64,000 nt of DNA. Origin: Caldimicrobium sp. Its GTDB lineage: Bacteria; Desulfobacterota; Thermodesulfobacteria; Thermodesulfobacteriales; Thermodesulfobacteriaceae. Shown here in pieces: positions 19,009-28,721 of the stretch (the stretch's first letter is position 1; each line of letters opens with the position of its first letter). The notes beneath the pieces were generated by a model. It saw only the letters and a program-made list of their open reading frames with translations. It had not been told where the DNA came from and made no database searches. Location: assembly GCA_025059715.1 (NCBI GenBank), contig JANXCE010000008.1, positions 488 to 64,487 on the forward strand, given 5' to 3'. A program made the translations under genes and the position numbers.

Positions 19009-20715
19009 GTGATGAGCTACCTTAACATTGGCCTTGCTCAGATTAATCCTAAGGTGGGAGACCTGGCGGGAAATTTTGAAAAGATTTTATCTGCGCTAAA
19101 GAGCCTTGGCTATCATGCTCATTTAGTGGTTTTCCCAGAGCTTTCCCTTTCAGGTTATCCTCCAAAGGATTTGTTATTAAGAAGGGATTTTTTAAGAGAT
19201 TGTGTCCAATACTTGGAGAAATTGAAGGAAGCCTCAAGGGAGATTCCCTCTCCCTTTATTGTGGGGCTTCCCCTTTGGCAAGAAACTCTTTTTGACAGCG
19301 CTGTGCTTATTCACCAAGGGGAAATAAGGGGCATGTATCACAAGGAACATCTGCCTCAGTATGGAGTCTTTGATAAGAAGAGGTATTTTGCTAAGGGTAA
19401 GGAGTCCTTACTTTTTGACATTAATGGTGTAAAGATTGGGGTAACTCTTTGTGAGGATATCTGGTATCCCTCAGGGCCTGAGAGGGCCTATGTCCTGTCA
19501 GGGGCTCAAATTATTTTGATTCTCAATGCCTCACCCTACACCTATGAAAAGTTTACCTTTAAGGAGAATTTCCTAAAGGCCAGAGCTCAGGACAACCAGT
19601 GCTATGTGGTTTATGTTAATTTAGTTGGGGCTCAGGATGATCTTGTCTTTGATGGGAGATCTCTGATAATTGACCCTCATGGAAAGGTTTTAGCACAAGC
19701 CAAGGCCTTTGAAGAGGATTTTCTTATCGTAAGTCTGCCCCTAAGTAAGGTCGAAAACTCAAGACTTTTGGAGCCAAGGCTCAAAGAGGAGAGTTTCAGC
19801 GATATTCCCCTTACAGCGGAGATCAAACTCCTTAACCCTTATCCTTACTATGAAGGGAAAATTGAGGAAAACCCTAAGGAAGAGGCTGAAATTTATTTGG
19901 CTATAAAGCTTGCGTTGAGAGATTACTTCTACAAAAATAACTTTAAAGGAGCAATTCTTGGGCTTTCTGGCGGTATTGATTCTGCTTTGACCTTGGTATT
20001 AGCCGTTGATGCTTTAGGAAAAGACAAGGTGAAAGCCCTTTTCATGCCAAGTAAATTCACATCCAAGGAATCCCGTGAGGATGTCCAGGCTTTAGCTAAA
20101 AATACAGGCATAGAACTCCTTGAGATTTCCATTGATCCTATCTTTGACACCTACTTAGAGGAGTTAAGAAAAGGGCTTCCTTACAGGGATTTTACCGTAG
20201 CTGAAGAAAATCTGCAGGCACGCATAAGGGCTAATTTGCTCTTCTATGTTTCAAACAGGGAGGGCTATTTGGTGCTTGCAACTTCAAACAAAAGTGAAGC
20301 CGCAACTGGCTACGGCACCATTTATGGAGATATGGCAGGAGGCTTTGCACCTCTTAAGGATGTTTATAAAACTTGGGTTTACAGGCTTGCCCGATATAGA
20401 AACTCGCTAAGTCCTGTGATTCCTGAGAGGATTTTCAGGAAGGCTCCCTCTGCAGAGCTTCGCCCTGGGCAAACTGATCAAGATACCCTTCCCCCCTATG
20501 AGCTACTCGATGAGATTTTAAGGCTTCACCTTGAGGAAGGATTAACCCCTAAGGAAATCGTGGAGAAAGGATTCTCACTGGAGATGGTAAAGAGAATTCT
20601 TAAAATGCTCAGAAATTCAGAATTCAAAAGACAGCAGACCCCACCTGGTCCCAAGATCACCAAAAGAACCCTTGGAAGTGATTACAAAATGCCCATAACC
20701 TGTGGGTATGTTTGA
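19009..20715 (+). CDS. nadE: Glutamine-dependent NAD+ synthetase
   Basis: Nitrilase domain (VFPELSLSGYPP, CEDIW) plus LGLSGGIDS, ENLQARIR, YGDMAG, KAPSAELRPGQTDQ. Confidence 0.96.
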   Translation: MMSYLNIGLAQINPKVGDLAGNFEKILSALKSLGYHAHLVVFPELSLSGYPPKDLLLRRDFLRDCVQYLEKLKEASREIPSPFIVGLPLWQETLFDSAVLIHQGEIRGMYHKEHLPQYGVFDKKRYFAKGKESLLFDINGVKIGVTLCEDIWYPSGPERAYVLSGAQIILILNASPYTYEKFTFKENFLKARAQDNQCYVVYVNLVGAQDDLVFDGRSLIIDPHGKVLAQAKAFEEDFLIVSLPLSKVENSRLLEPRLKEESFSDIPLTAEIKLLNPYPYYEGKIEENPKEEAEIYLAIKLALRDYFYKNNFKGAILGLSGGIDSALTLVLAVDALGKDKVKALFMPSKFTSKESREDVQALAKNTGIELLEISIDPIFDTYLEELRKGLPYRDFTVAEENLQARIRANLLFYVSNREGYLVLATSNKSEAATGYGTIYGDMAGGFAPLKDVYKTWVYRLARYRNSLSPVIPERIFRKAPSAELRPGQTDQDTLPPYELLDEILRLHLEEGLTPKEIVEKGFSLEMVKRILKMLRNSEFKRQQTPPGPKITKRTLGSDYKMPITCGYV

Positions 20716-20863
20716 GAAGTTAACTTGTGCTTCAAAAGAAAGAGAGAATACAGGTATATCCCATGGTGTTTATTTTGAAAATTCACACACATGGATTTCT
20801 CTGCTTTATGATCCTTAAAAAAATCCCCTCTAAGGTCAATGCAGAAGTAACAGTATATATCCT

Positions 20864-21547
20864 ATGAAGGTTTTAGCAGTAAGGCATGTGGAGATTGAAC
20901 ACTTAGGGGTATTGGAGAGGGTTTTACCAGAGCTTGGCTATACCTTTGAATATTTGGACACTCCAAAGGGGGAAAGGTTAAGAGGACCTTTGGAAGAATA
21001 CTCAGCCCTTATTGTGCTTGGTGGATACATGGGGGCCTATGAGGAGGCAAAATACGATTTTTTGAGTTATGGATTTAAACTCATTGAGGAGGCTTTAAAG
21101 GTGAACAAGCCCTTCTTAGGAATCTGTCTTGGAGCTCAGATGCTCGCCAAAGTTCTTGGGTCAAAGGTTTATCCAGGTGAGAAGGGAAAAGAGATTGGGT
21201 GGTTAGAGGTTTTTAAGGTAGCAGATCATCCCTATTTTGAGGCCTTTCCGCAAAAATTAAAGGTCTTTCAGTGGCATGGAGATACCTTTGAGCTTCCCCA
21301 GGGGGCAATTAGGGTTTTTTCTTCTGAGCTTTATGAAAACCAAGGCTTTGTATATGGAAGAGCGGTAGGGCTTCAATTTCACTTGGAGGTAGATAGGGAA
21401 ATTGCAGTCAAGTGGGCAAAACTTTATCGGGATGAAATAGAAGAGGAAGGGATTTCTATCTTAACTTTTGACGATATTACTCCAGAAGAGGGGAATCTTC
21501 TCTACGATCTAAGTAAAGATTTTCTTAGAAGATGGTTATTCAAGTGA
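20864..21547 (+). CDS. Class I glutamine amidotransferase (stand-alone)
   Basis: LGICLGAQ nucleophile Cys, FQWHGD, LQFHLE triad. Confidence 0.9.
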   Translation: MKVLAVRHVEIEHLGVLERVLPELGYTFEYLDTPKGERLRGPLEEYSALIVLGGYMGAYEEAKYDFLSYGFKLIEEALKVNKPFLGICLGAQMLAKVLGSKVYPGEKGKEIGWLEVFKVADHPYFEAFPQKLKVFQWHGDTFELPQGAIRVFSSELYENQGFVYGRAVGLQFHLEVDREIAVKWAKLYRDEIEEEGISILTFDDITPEEGNLLYDLSKDFLRRWLFK

Positions 21548-21572
21548 AGATAGTATAGAGTTTTCCAAAAGA

Positions 21573-21600
21573 TTGGTTTTTGTTAAAAGATGGTTATAAT
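21573..21600 (+). promoter_or_regulatory. Candidate sigma70 promoter TTGGTT-N16-TATAAT for the glutamate synthase genes
   Basis: Hexamers at 21573-21578 and 21595-21600; AAGGAGG RBS downstream. Confidence 0.55.
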
Positions 21601-21640
21601 ATTAGAACTTTGTTTTTACTAGTAAAGGAGGTTTGTTTAG

Positions 21641-23164
21641 ATGGCTACCCCTCAATGGTCAAAATTTTTTCCTGATTTTTATATCGAGAGGTTATGGGAT
21701 AAGTGTATAAAGTGTAGGCGATGTGTCAGCGAGTGCTCCTATGAGGCTCACATATGGGATAGCAAGAAAAAAACCTTACTTGAGGATCATAGCAAGTGTG
21801 TTGGTTGTCATCGCTGTGAGGCCTTCTGCCCAACAAAGGCTCTTATAATAAAGAGACATCCTTCAGATTTTAGAGAGCATGCCCTTTGGACCCCTTGGTT
21901 TATCAAAAACATTTACAAACAGGCGGATCAAGGTGGAGTTCTCCTGACTTCTACGGGTTGTGCTCTCCCTTATAAAAATTATTTTGACCATCTGGTGCTT
22001 GATGCCTGTCAAGTTACTAATCCCCCTATTGATCCACTAAGGGAACCCATGGAGCTAAGAACCTACATAGGTCCAAAACCGGAATCTTTAGAGATTGAGG
22101 AAGTTAACGGAAAATTTCGACTTAAAAAGAAACTTCCTCCCCTCATCCGAGTAGAAGCCCCAATTTTATTTGCCGCTATGTCTTATGGGGCTATAAGTTT
22201 ACATGTTCATCAGGGCTTAGCCCGAGCAGCACGAGATTTAGGAATACTGTATAATACTGGCGAGGGAGGACTTCACGCTTCTCTATATGAATATGGGCCA
22301 AATACCATTGTGCAATGTGCCTCTGGGAGATTTGGACTTCATGTGGATTATTTAAATGCGGGAGTAGCTATTGAGATCAAAATTGGCCAGGGAGCTAAAC
22401 CGGGTATTGGAGGGCATCTCCCTGGGGAAAAGGTCACCGAAGAGATTTCAAAGACCAGGATGATACCTGTGGGAAGTGATGCCCTCTCCCCCGCTCCTCA
22501 TCATGATATCTATTCTATAGAGGATCTTCGGGGCTTAATCTTTGCTTTGAAGGAGGCTACCGAGTACAAAAAGCTTGTATTTGTTAAAATTGCTGCGGTG
22601 CATAATGTGGCAGCTATAGCTTCAGGTATAGTTAGGGCAGGGGCGGATGCCGTGGTGATTGACGGGCTAAAAGGAGGCACGGGTGCAGCTCCTACTATGT
22701 TTAGAGATAATATTGGAATTCCCATTGAATTAGCTATATCCGCCGTAGATAAAAGACTTAGAGCGGAAGGTATTCGCCACAGAACAAGTATTATCGCTTC
22801 AGGTGGTATAAGATGTAGTGCGGATGTAGTGAAGGCTATTGCCCTTGGAGCTGATGCGGTTTATATTGGGACCGCAGCTCTCATAGCGGTTGGATGCACT
22901 ATGTGTCAAAGATGCTTTACTGGTAAGTGCCCTTGGGGTATAGCCACAAATAATCCCGAACTTATGAAGAGACTACCTCCAGAGGTAGCCTATGAAAAGA
23001 TCTACAATCTCGTTAAGGGTTGGACTCATGAAATAAAGGAAATGCTTGGAGCAATGGGAATAAATTCTATTGAGAGTCTTAAGGGTAATAGAGATAAACT
23101 TAGGGCGGTAGGCCTCACTAAAGAGGAAATGGAAATTCTTGAAGTAAAACATGCTGGGGAGTGA
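21641..23164 (+). CDS. Split (archaeal-type) glutamate synthase FMN subunit with N-terminal 2x[4Fe-4S] domain
   Basis: CIKCRRCVSEC and CVGCHRCEAFC; MSYGA, NTGEGG, EIKIGQGAKPG, PAPHHDIYSIEDL, CTMCQRCFTGKCPWG. Confidence 0.92.
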   Translation: MATPQWSKFFPDFYIERLWDKCIKCRRCVSECSYEAHIWDSKKKTLLEDHSKCVGCHRCEAFCPTKALIIKRHPSDFREHALWTPWFIKNIYKQADQGGVLLTSTGCALPYKNYFDHLVLDACQVTNPPIDPLREPMELRTYIGPKPESLEIEEVNGKFRLKKKLPPLIRVEAPILFAAMSYGAISLHVHQGLARAARDLGILYNTGEGGLHASLYEYGPNTIVQCASGRFGLHVDYLNAGVAIEIKIGQGAKPGIGGHLPGEKVTEEISKTRMIPVGSDALSPAPHHDIYSIEDLRGLIFALKEATEYKKLVFVKIAAVHNVAAIASGIVRAGADAVVIDGLKGGTGAAPTMFRDNIGIPIELAISAVDKRLRAEGIRHRTSIIASGGIRCSADVVKAIALGADAVYIGTAALIAVGCTMCQRCFTGKCPWGIATNNPELMKRLPPEVAYEKIYNLVKGWTHEIKEMLGAMGINSIESLKGNRDKLRAVGLTKEEMEILEVKHAGE

Positions 23165-23168
23165 GAAC

Positions 23169-24368
23169 ATGTGGAGGCTAACTTCAAATTATAAAGAAAT
23201 TTCAGGCTGTGGCATTACAGGAATCATCTCTCGTAAAGGAGAACTAATAACGGGTGAGATGATCATCAAGGCTATTTGTTGCCAGTATGAGAGAGGAAAT
23301 GGTCTTGGAGCAGGTTTTGCTGGATACGGGATTTATCCAGAATTCAAGGATTATTATGCTCTTCATGTAATGGCTCAATCAAGGGATGCCTTAGAAAAAG
23401 TGGAAGAGTATCTTCCCAAGAGGACCTTCGTTAGTTATCAAGAGTTCATACCTATAAGGCGTGTGCGGACCATTAAAAATCCCCCTATTTTTAAGAGATA
23501 CTTTGTAAAACCAAATTTAGAATGTGAATTAGTGGATGTCTGTAATATTGTGAGTGAAGAGGATTTCATGGTTCAACTTGTCATGGAGATAAACGAGAAA
23601 ATTGAAGGAGTGTATGTAATCTCCTCGGGGAAAAATATGGGAACCTTTAAAGGTGTGGGATTCCCCGATGAGATAGCGGAGTTCTTCCGAGTAGATGAGT
23701 ATAAGGCATACATATGGACCGCACATAACCGATTTCCCACTAATACCCCTGGCTGGTGGGGTGGTGCTCACCCCTTTACGCTTTTAGATTGGTCTATCGT
23801 GCACAATGGAGAGATTTCCAGCTATGGCACGAATAAAAGATACTTGGAATTATTTGGCTATAAGTGCACCCTTTTAACGGACACCGAGGTTGTGGCTTAC
23901 CTTTTGGATTTACTGATTCGCAAACATGGACTTCCCTTAGAGCTTGCCTGCAAAGCCATGGCACCTCCCTTTTGGGTAGAGATTGATGAGATGCCAGAAG
24001 AGGAAAGGGAGCTTTACACCGCTTTGCGGATCCTCTATGGAGGTGCGGTCTTGAATGGACCTTTTGCCATACTATTTGCCTACAACGGAGGTTTAGTAGG
24101 GTTGAACGACAGAGTTAAGTTACGCCCCTTAGTGTGCGCGCAAAAGGGAGATCTATTTTTTATGGCATCCGAAGAAGCAGCCTTGAGGCTAATTTGTCCC
24201 GATCCTGAAAGGGTTTGGGCACCAAAGGCTGGAGAGCCGGTTATTGTGGAAATGGAAGAAGGAACTATTCCTAACCAAAAAAGTTATCTCAAGCCCAGAC
24301 CAAAGGAGGAAAGAGAAGATGCCCTTAGAATTGGAAGTCTTCCCCTTTCATTACTCACAGGTAAATAA
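23169..24368 (+). CDS. Split glutamate synthase class II amidotransferase subunit
   Basis: Propeptide then CGITG, ERGNGLGAG, HNRFPTNT, AHPF, VHNGEI, TDTEV, DRVKLRP. Confidence 0.9.
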   Translation: MWRLTSNYKEISGCGITGIISRKGELITGEMIIKAICCQYERGNGLGAGFAGYGIYPEFKDYYALHVMAQSRDALEKVEEYLPKRTFVSYQEFIPIRRVRTIKNPPIFKRYFVKPNLECELVDVCNIVSEEDFMVQLVMEINEKIEGVYVISSGKNMGTFKGVGFPDEIAEFFRVDEYKAYIWTAHNRFPTNTPGWWGGAHPFTLLDWSIVHNGEISSYGTNKRYLELFGYKCTLLTDTEVVAYLLDLLIRKHGLPLELACKAMAPPFWVEIDEMPEEERELYTALRILYGGAVLNGPFAILFAYNGGLVGLNDRVKLRPLVCAQKGDLFFMASEEAALRLICPDPERVWAPKAGEPVIVEMEEGTIPNQKSYLKPRPKEEREDALRIGSLPLSLLTGK

Positions 24369-25062
24369 AATAATTAGAGAAAACCTTAAAAAAGGCGAGA
24401 GGGAATTCATCCTTCGGGGAGTCAATGGCCATCGCTATCTTTTGGCAGGAGTATCCGCAGACATTAAGGTCACTATCTATGGAACCCCGGGGTTAGATCT
24501 AGGAGCTTTTATGAGGGGTCCAGTAATAAGGGTCTTTGGAAATGTTCAAGACGGTGCAGGAAATACCATGGATGAGGGTAAAATTGTAATTCACGGAATG
24601 GCGGGAGATGTAGTAGGTTATGCAATGAGAGGGGGGAAGATCCATATTTATGGAGATGTAGGATATAGAGTGGGAATTCACATGAAGGCTTATATGGAAA
24701 AAATTCCTGTATTGATTATTGGAGGAAAAGCGGGAGATTTCCTTGGAGAATACATGGCCGGAGGAGTTATTATACTCTTAGGGATGCATACCCTATATCC
24801 AGAAAGGCCTATAGCAGGACTTTTTTTGGGCACCGGGATGCACGGAGGAGTTATTTATATAAGAGGTAAGATAAAGGAGTCTCAACTTGGCCTTGGGCTT
24901 AAACCCTATCCCTTAGATGGAAGCGATGAAAAACTCTTAGAGGGATATTTAAAAGAATACTGCGAAGACTTTGGCCTTGAGCTCTCCGAGGTTCTAAAGG
25001 AGGATTTTATTAAAATCATACCCTATACCCATAGACCCTATGGTAAGCTATACGCTTATTAA
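24319..25062 (+). CDS. Split glutamate synthase GXGXG beta-helix subunit
   Basis: Repeated GNxMxxGxIxxxG units (GAGNTMDEG, GYAMRGG, GEYMAGG, GTGMHGG); start ATG 24319 after AGGAGG, revised from 24244. Confidence 0.9.
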   Translation: MPLELEVFPFHYSQVNKIIRENLKKGEREFILRGVNGHRYLLAGVSADIKVTIYGTPGLDLGAFMRGPVIRVFGNVQDGAGNTMDEGKIVIHGMAGDVVGYAMRGGKIHIYGDVGYRVGIHMKAYMEKIPVLIIGGKAGDFLGEYMAGGVIILLGMHTLYPERPIAGLFLGTGMHGGVIYIRGKIKESQLGLGLKPYPLDGSDEKLLEGYLKEYCEDFGLELSEVLKEDFIKIIPYTHRPYGKLYAY

Positions 25063-25072
25063 GTCTCTAAAA

Positions 25073-25307
25073 TCAAGATGAGAAGGGACCAAGCCTTCCC
25101 CCCATTAGGGCACCCAAACAACCTCTTAGATAATGGTATTCTAAACCCCTTAATTTCAAAAACTCTTTGATAGCTCTCTTTGATAGCTTTCTAAAGTTCT
25201 TCAAAAGCATATTCAATCCTTTTGTAAGGATTTCCATTTGAAATTTAAAGCTAAAAAATTTCTAAGTGCTCTTTTAAGGCGCTTACAAGCTCTAAGAGCC
25301 TCTCCAC
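25073..25307 (-). pseudogene. Decayed HI0074-like nucleotidyltransferase substrate-binding (HEPN-fold) gene
   Basis: Reads KRIEYAFEEL*KAIKE/FLKLRGLEYHYLRGCL (compare family RFEYTFELxWK); in-frame stops and a 13-nt tandem duplication at 25163-25188. Confidence 0.7.
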
Positions 25308-25319
25308 AAATAGACCCTT

Positions 25320-25536
25320 TTAACTCAAAACTACCAAGTCCATTTTTCTCAAGAGAAGTAAGTTCTCTGAGGGTGCTTCAAGTGTAGGGGGATCTTAGGA
25401 GAAATTAGCTGTTCAGGAAAGATGGCAACCTCAATATCGGAGGACTAACTCCTAATATTTTTAACCAGGACTCCGAAAGATAATAAGAGAATTTTCAGGT
25501 AAATTTTTTCTCAAGGTAATCTCTAAAGATTTTCAT
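25320..25536 (-). pseudogene. Decayed minimal nucleotidyltransferase (MNT) gene
   Basis: Frameshifted pieces MKIFRDYLEKKF, ENSLIIFRS, SDIEVAIF, ELTSLEK, MDLVVL follow the MNT order IIFGS...SDID...VDLV. Confidence 0.65.
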
Positions 25537-25569
25537 AATCTCTACTTTATTAAACCTTTTGAAAAAAAT

Positions 25570-26037
25570 TCAGTGTTCTTTAATTTTATAATAAAGGATT
25601 AAAACACCCATGACTAAACCGATAGAGATTCCAAAGAAGAGTGTATCCAGCGCTCTATCCCATTGCACCACCCTTTTAGTGAAAGTTATCGCCAGAAGGA
25701 GAATAATCACACTGGCTAGTTTAGCCTTTAGTTGATCAATACCTTCAATTTTCAGCCATGGGGGCACATTCAGGGGCCCTATAAAAAGCTCATACAAACC
25801 AAGAGCAAAGATATAGAGAATCACTGCAAGGAGAAAATTGTCCATAATAGTTATCAATTTAGTTGACAATATGATGCTTTCTCGGTAATGGACGCTTTTA
25901 AAAAAGAGAAGAAAGATCTCTATCATCTGATAGGAACCATACAAAGATAAAAAAAGAGCCCCTATAAAGAGCGTAATTATAGGAATGTAAACCACCTTTC
26001 TACTAATTTCAGCTAAATATTTAAAGGATATTTTCAT
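25570..26037 (-). CDS. YqhA/UPF0114 family membrane protein
   Basis: IMDNFLLAVILYIFALGLYELFI, PPWLKIEGIDQLKAKL. Confidence 0.85.
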   Translation of the reverse strand: MKISFKYLAEISRKVVYIPIITLFIGALFLSLYGSYQMIEIFLLFFKSVHYRESIILSTKLITIMDNFLLAVILYIFALGLYELFIGPLNVPPWLKIEGIDQLKAKLASVIILLLAITFTKRVVQWDRALDTLFFGISIGLVMGVLILYYKIKEH

Positions 26038-26225
26038 TTAAAGTTTAAGTTTTTTAAAAAAATTTGAAATCTCTATTGTTAATATTGTATAACTTACTTT
26101 TTGAATTACAAGCTTAAATTACTGGTCTTAGCCATTTAATCTTAGAGTGAAATTTTTGTTTGGTATTTTCTTGAGTTTCATATATAATATATTTTTACTA
26201 CTTTTAAAAATTGAGGAGTAAAAAA

Positions 26226-27038
26226 ATGGAGTCCCTTCATAGAGTTAGGGGTTTTGAGAAGATTGTGGAACCCATTAGATTAACACCTCAATCTAAATTT
26301 GTTTTTCAGTGTTATCCCGGAGTTCCCTGTTTTAAACTGTGTTGTTCTGACCTTTATCTTCCACTTACTCCCTTCGATATAATTAGAATCAGAAACTTTC
26401 TTAACCTGGACACTGAGAGTTTCTTACTTTTGTATACCGAGCCCTTTAAACTTCCTAAATCTGAATTACCAATTGTATGTCTTAAAATGAGAGAAGATTT
26501 AGAGAAGACTTGTCCCTTCCTTGGAGAGGGAGGATGCACTATTTATGAAGTAAGACCTCTTGCTTGTAGGTATTATCCCTTAGGGTTTGGGCTCTTCAGA
26601 AATAGAGATGAGGGGAAAAACGAAGAATTCTATTACTTAGTAAAAGAGGGATTTTGTCAGGGGTTGGATTCCGGCAAAGAGATAACTGTAGAGGAATATC
26701 GGATTTCTCAGGGTATTCCAGACTCAGAAGAGCCTATCCTTGAGTGGGCGGAAATCATCATGAAAAAGGAATCCCTTGGTCCTATAGAAGTTCCAGAAAA
26801 AAGTTTAGAACTCTTCTTTATGGTCTCTACTAATCCTGAAAGATTTAGAGCCTTTATCTTTGAATCCAAATTTTTAGATATCTTTGAGGTCCCTCAAGAT
26901 CTCTTAGAAGAAATAAGGAATGACGATTTAGCACTATTGCAGTTTGGTTTTAGATGGCTTAAAACGGTTCTCTTTGGTGAAAACCTGGTCAAGAAAAAAA
27001 AGGATGCTCCATCAGTAAAAAAAGCTAAACCCTTTTAA
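26226..27038 (+). CDS. YkgJ-family Cys-cluster (Zn/Fe-chelating) protein
   Basis: CYPGVPCFKLCC, CPFL, GCTIYEVRPLACRYYP, FCQG; GAGGAG precedes ATG 26226; TTGGTA-N17-TATAAT at 26160-26188. Confidence 0.85.
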   Translation: MESLHRVRGFEKIVEPIRLTPQSKFVFQCYPGVPCFKLCCSDLYLPLTPFDIIRIRNFLNLDTESFLLLYTEPFKLPKSELPIVCLKMREDLEKTCPFLGEGGCTIYEVRPLACRYYPLGFGLFRNRDEGKNEEFYYLVKEGFCQGLDSGKEITVEEYRISQGIPDSEEPILEWAEIIMKKESLGPIEVPEKSLELFFMVSTNPERFRAFIFESKFLDIFEVPQDLLEEIRNDDLALLQFGFRWLKTVLFGENLVKKKKDAPSVKKAKPF

Positions 27039-27922
27039 AGGGAGACTCTTTGAAAGAATTGTAAAAACCTTTCACAAAGGGGAGTAAATACCCTTTGTTT
27101 TCTATAGACTAAGAAAAAGTTTCTTGTAATTTTGAGATTCTTTATTGATATGATCTTTAGGGCCTGAGAGGATATTTCCAGTTCAATAGCTCTCTTAGAG
27201 ACAAAGGAGAGGCCTAAGCCTTCCATAACCGCTCTTTTTACTGCCTCCGTTGAGCCCATCTCCCCTACAAAGTTTAAGCTTTTAAGTTCTATATGGGCAT
27301 TTTCGAGATAATGAGTGACTGTTTTCCATGTCCCTGAACCTTCTTCCCTCCTTATTAAAGGTAATTCATAAAGGGTGTTTAATTCTATTTCCCTTAAGGG
27401 AAAATCTTTCGGAGCAATAAGTACAATCTCATCTTCACACCAGGCTTCAAAGTTAAGATGGTCCTCTTTCATCTTCGCTCCTACTATTCCAAATTCCAAA
27501 CTACCCTCGAGAACTTCCTCTACTATTTCCCTTGTATCACCAACTATTAGATAGACCATGGTTTCTGGATAGCTCTCCTTAAAGAGTTTAATTACCTTTG
27601 GTAAGATATATTGCCCTGGAATGGTGCTTCCTCCAATTTCGAGAACACCCTTTTTTTCCTCTCTATATGGGAAAAGCTCCTTCTCCATATCTTTCAGAAG
27701 TTGAAGGATTTGCTTTCCATAGTGATAAACTATTTTACCTGCCTTGCTTGGGAGAACTGTTCTCGTAGAACGATCAAAGAGTTTTACCCCAAGGAAGGTT
27801 TCCAAATCCTTAATATGGGTAGTAACAGTGGGTTGGGATATATATAGTGATTTAGCAGTTTTAGAAAAACTCTTGGTTTCATAAAGTTTTATAAAGACTT
27901 CAAGTTTTCGCTGGTCAAACAC
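27035..27922 (-). CDS. LysR-family regulator (CysL/selenium-metabolism-associated type)
   Basis: HTH SFSKTAKSLYISQPTVTTHIKDLE, LFDRS, GGSTIPGQY, RREEGSGT, STEAVKRAV. Confidence 0.93.
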   Translation of the reverse strand: MFDQRKLEVFIKLYETKSFSKTAKSLYISQPTVTTHIKDLETFLGVKLFDRSTRTVLPSKAGKIVYHYGKQILQLLKDMEKELFPYREEKKGVLEIGGSTIPGQYILPKVIKLFKESYPETMVYLIVGDTREIVEEVLEGSLEFGIVGAKMKEDHLNFEAWCEDEIVLIAPKDFPLREIELNTLYELPLIRREEGSGTWKTVTHYLENAHIELKSLNFVGEMGSTEAVKRAVMEGLGLSFVSKRAIELEISSQALKIISIKNLKITRNFFLVYRKQRVFTPLCERFLQFFQRVSL

Positions 27923-27958
27923 TGGTCTAATCCCAAAATCTCTCTCTTTTTATTTAAC

Positions 27959-27986
27959 TTTATAAAAATTTATTTAAATTTGTCAA
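27959..27986 (-). promoter_or_regulatory. Candidate sigma70 promoter TTGACA-N16-TATAAA for the LysR gene
   Basis: Minus-strand hexamers at 27986-27981 and 27964-27959. Confidence 0.6.
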
Positions 27987-27991
27987 TAAAT

Positions 27992-28345
27992 TATATGAGT
28001 CTATATGATTTTGAACGGAGAGGAATTCTCGTCAAATTTATAATAAATTCACTCCAAAGGTGATGCATCTCCAAGATCACTTTGCTCCCTCTCCGCGTTA
28101 TACCATATCAAATACCTCATAGGCTCCCTATGCTCAATGACCTCCTCCTCCAAAGTCCTGTTAAACTTCTCTACATACCCATTCCCTCCCTCTTAAATTT
28201 TCCCCTCAACCTCACCTAAAAACTTAACTCCCATGTTCGTTTTGATAAACCCCTTATCTCAAAAAAGTTACATCTTTAAATTTCCTCCAAGAATCAATCC
28301 CACTTTCGCTGAATCAATAACCATACCCGTAGTAGTCTAAAGGCG
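27992..28345 (-). mobile_element. IS481-like remnant copy 1 (3' part of DDE domain plus right end)
   Basis: Frameshifted NGYVE.FNRTLEEE, MRYLIWYN; end TATATGAGTCTATATGATTTT resembles the ends of copies 2 and 3. Confidence 0.8.
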
Positions 28346-28454
28346 ACTTCTTTTCTATAGGATGTATCTTTTGCTTAAAGTTTTCACTGTAGATATGCAC
28401 CACCCTTATACTGATAAAGAGAGCACAAAAAACAATACTAAAAGGTGCTTTTGA

Positions 28455-28721
28455 TTAGGTTTCATTGACTCTATACCCAAATTGTTGGATTACTTCCATG
28501 GGGTTTGAAGTAAGAACAAGCTCTTTGAGAAGCCTCTTAAGTTTATCTCGGTCAGTTTCTGCCTTGATCTGCTCCTCAAGACCTTTTGGCACTCTCCCAA
28601 GCTTTACCTCCACCACCTCAAGCACCATCTCTTGAGCCTCCCTTAAGAGGCCCTGCTGTAACCCCTGCTGTATACCCTCTAAGTAAAAGGGGTCCCTACT
28701 CTTATCAATCACTAATGGCAT
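28455..28721 (-). CDS. Putative internally initiated C-terminal product (RpnS-like antitoxin, 88 aa)
   Basis: In-frame ATG at 28721 preceded at 7-nt spacing by AGGAGGT (28735-28729). Confidence 0.65.
   Translation of the reverse strand: MPLVIDKSRDPFYLEGIQQGLQQGLLREAQEMVLEVVEVKLGRVPKGLEEQIKAETDRDKLKRLLKELVLTSNPMEVIQQFGYRVNET

Noticed and set aside
28655-28680. CAGGGGTTACAGCAGGGC / QQGLQQGL short repeat in Rpn
   Set aside because: A well-known low-complexity feature of Rpn-family C-termini, not a separate element
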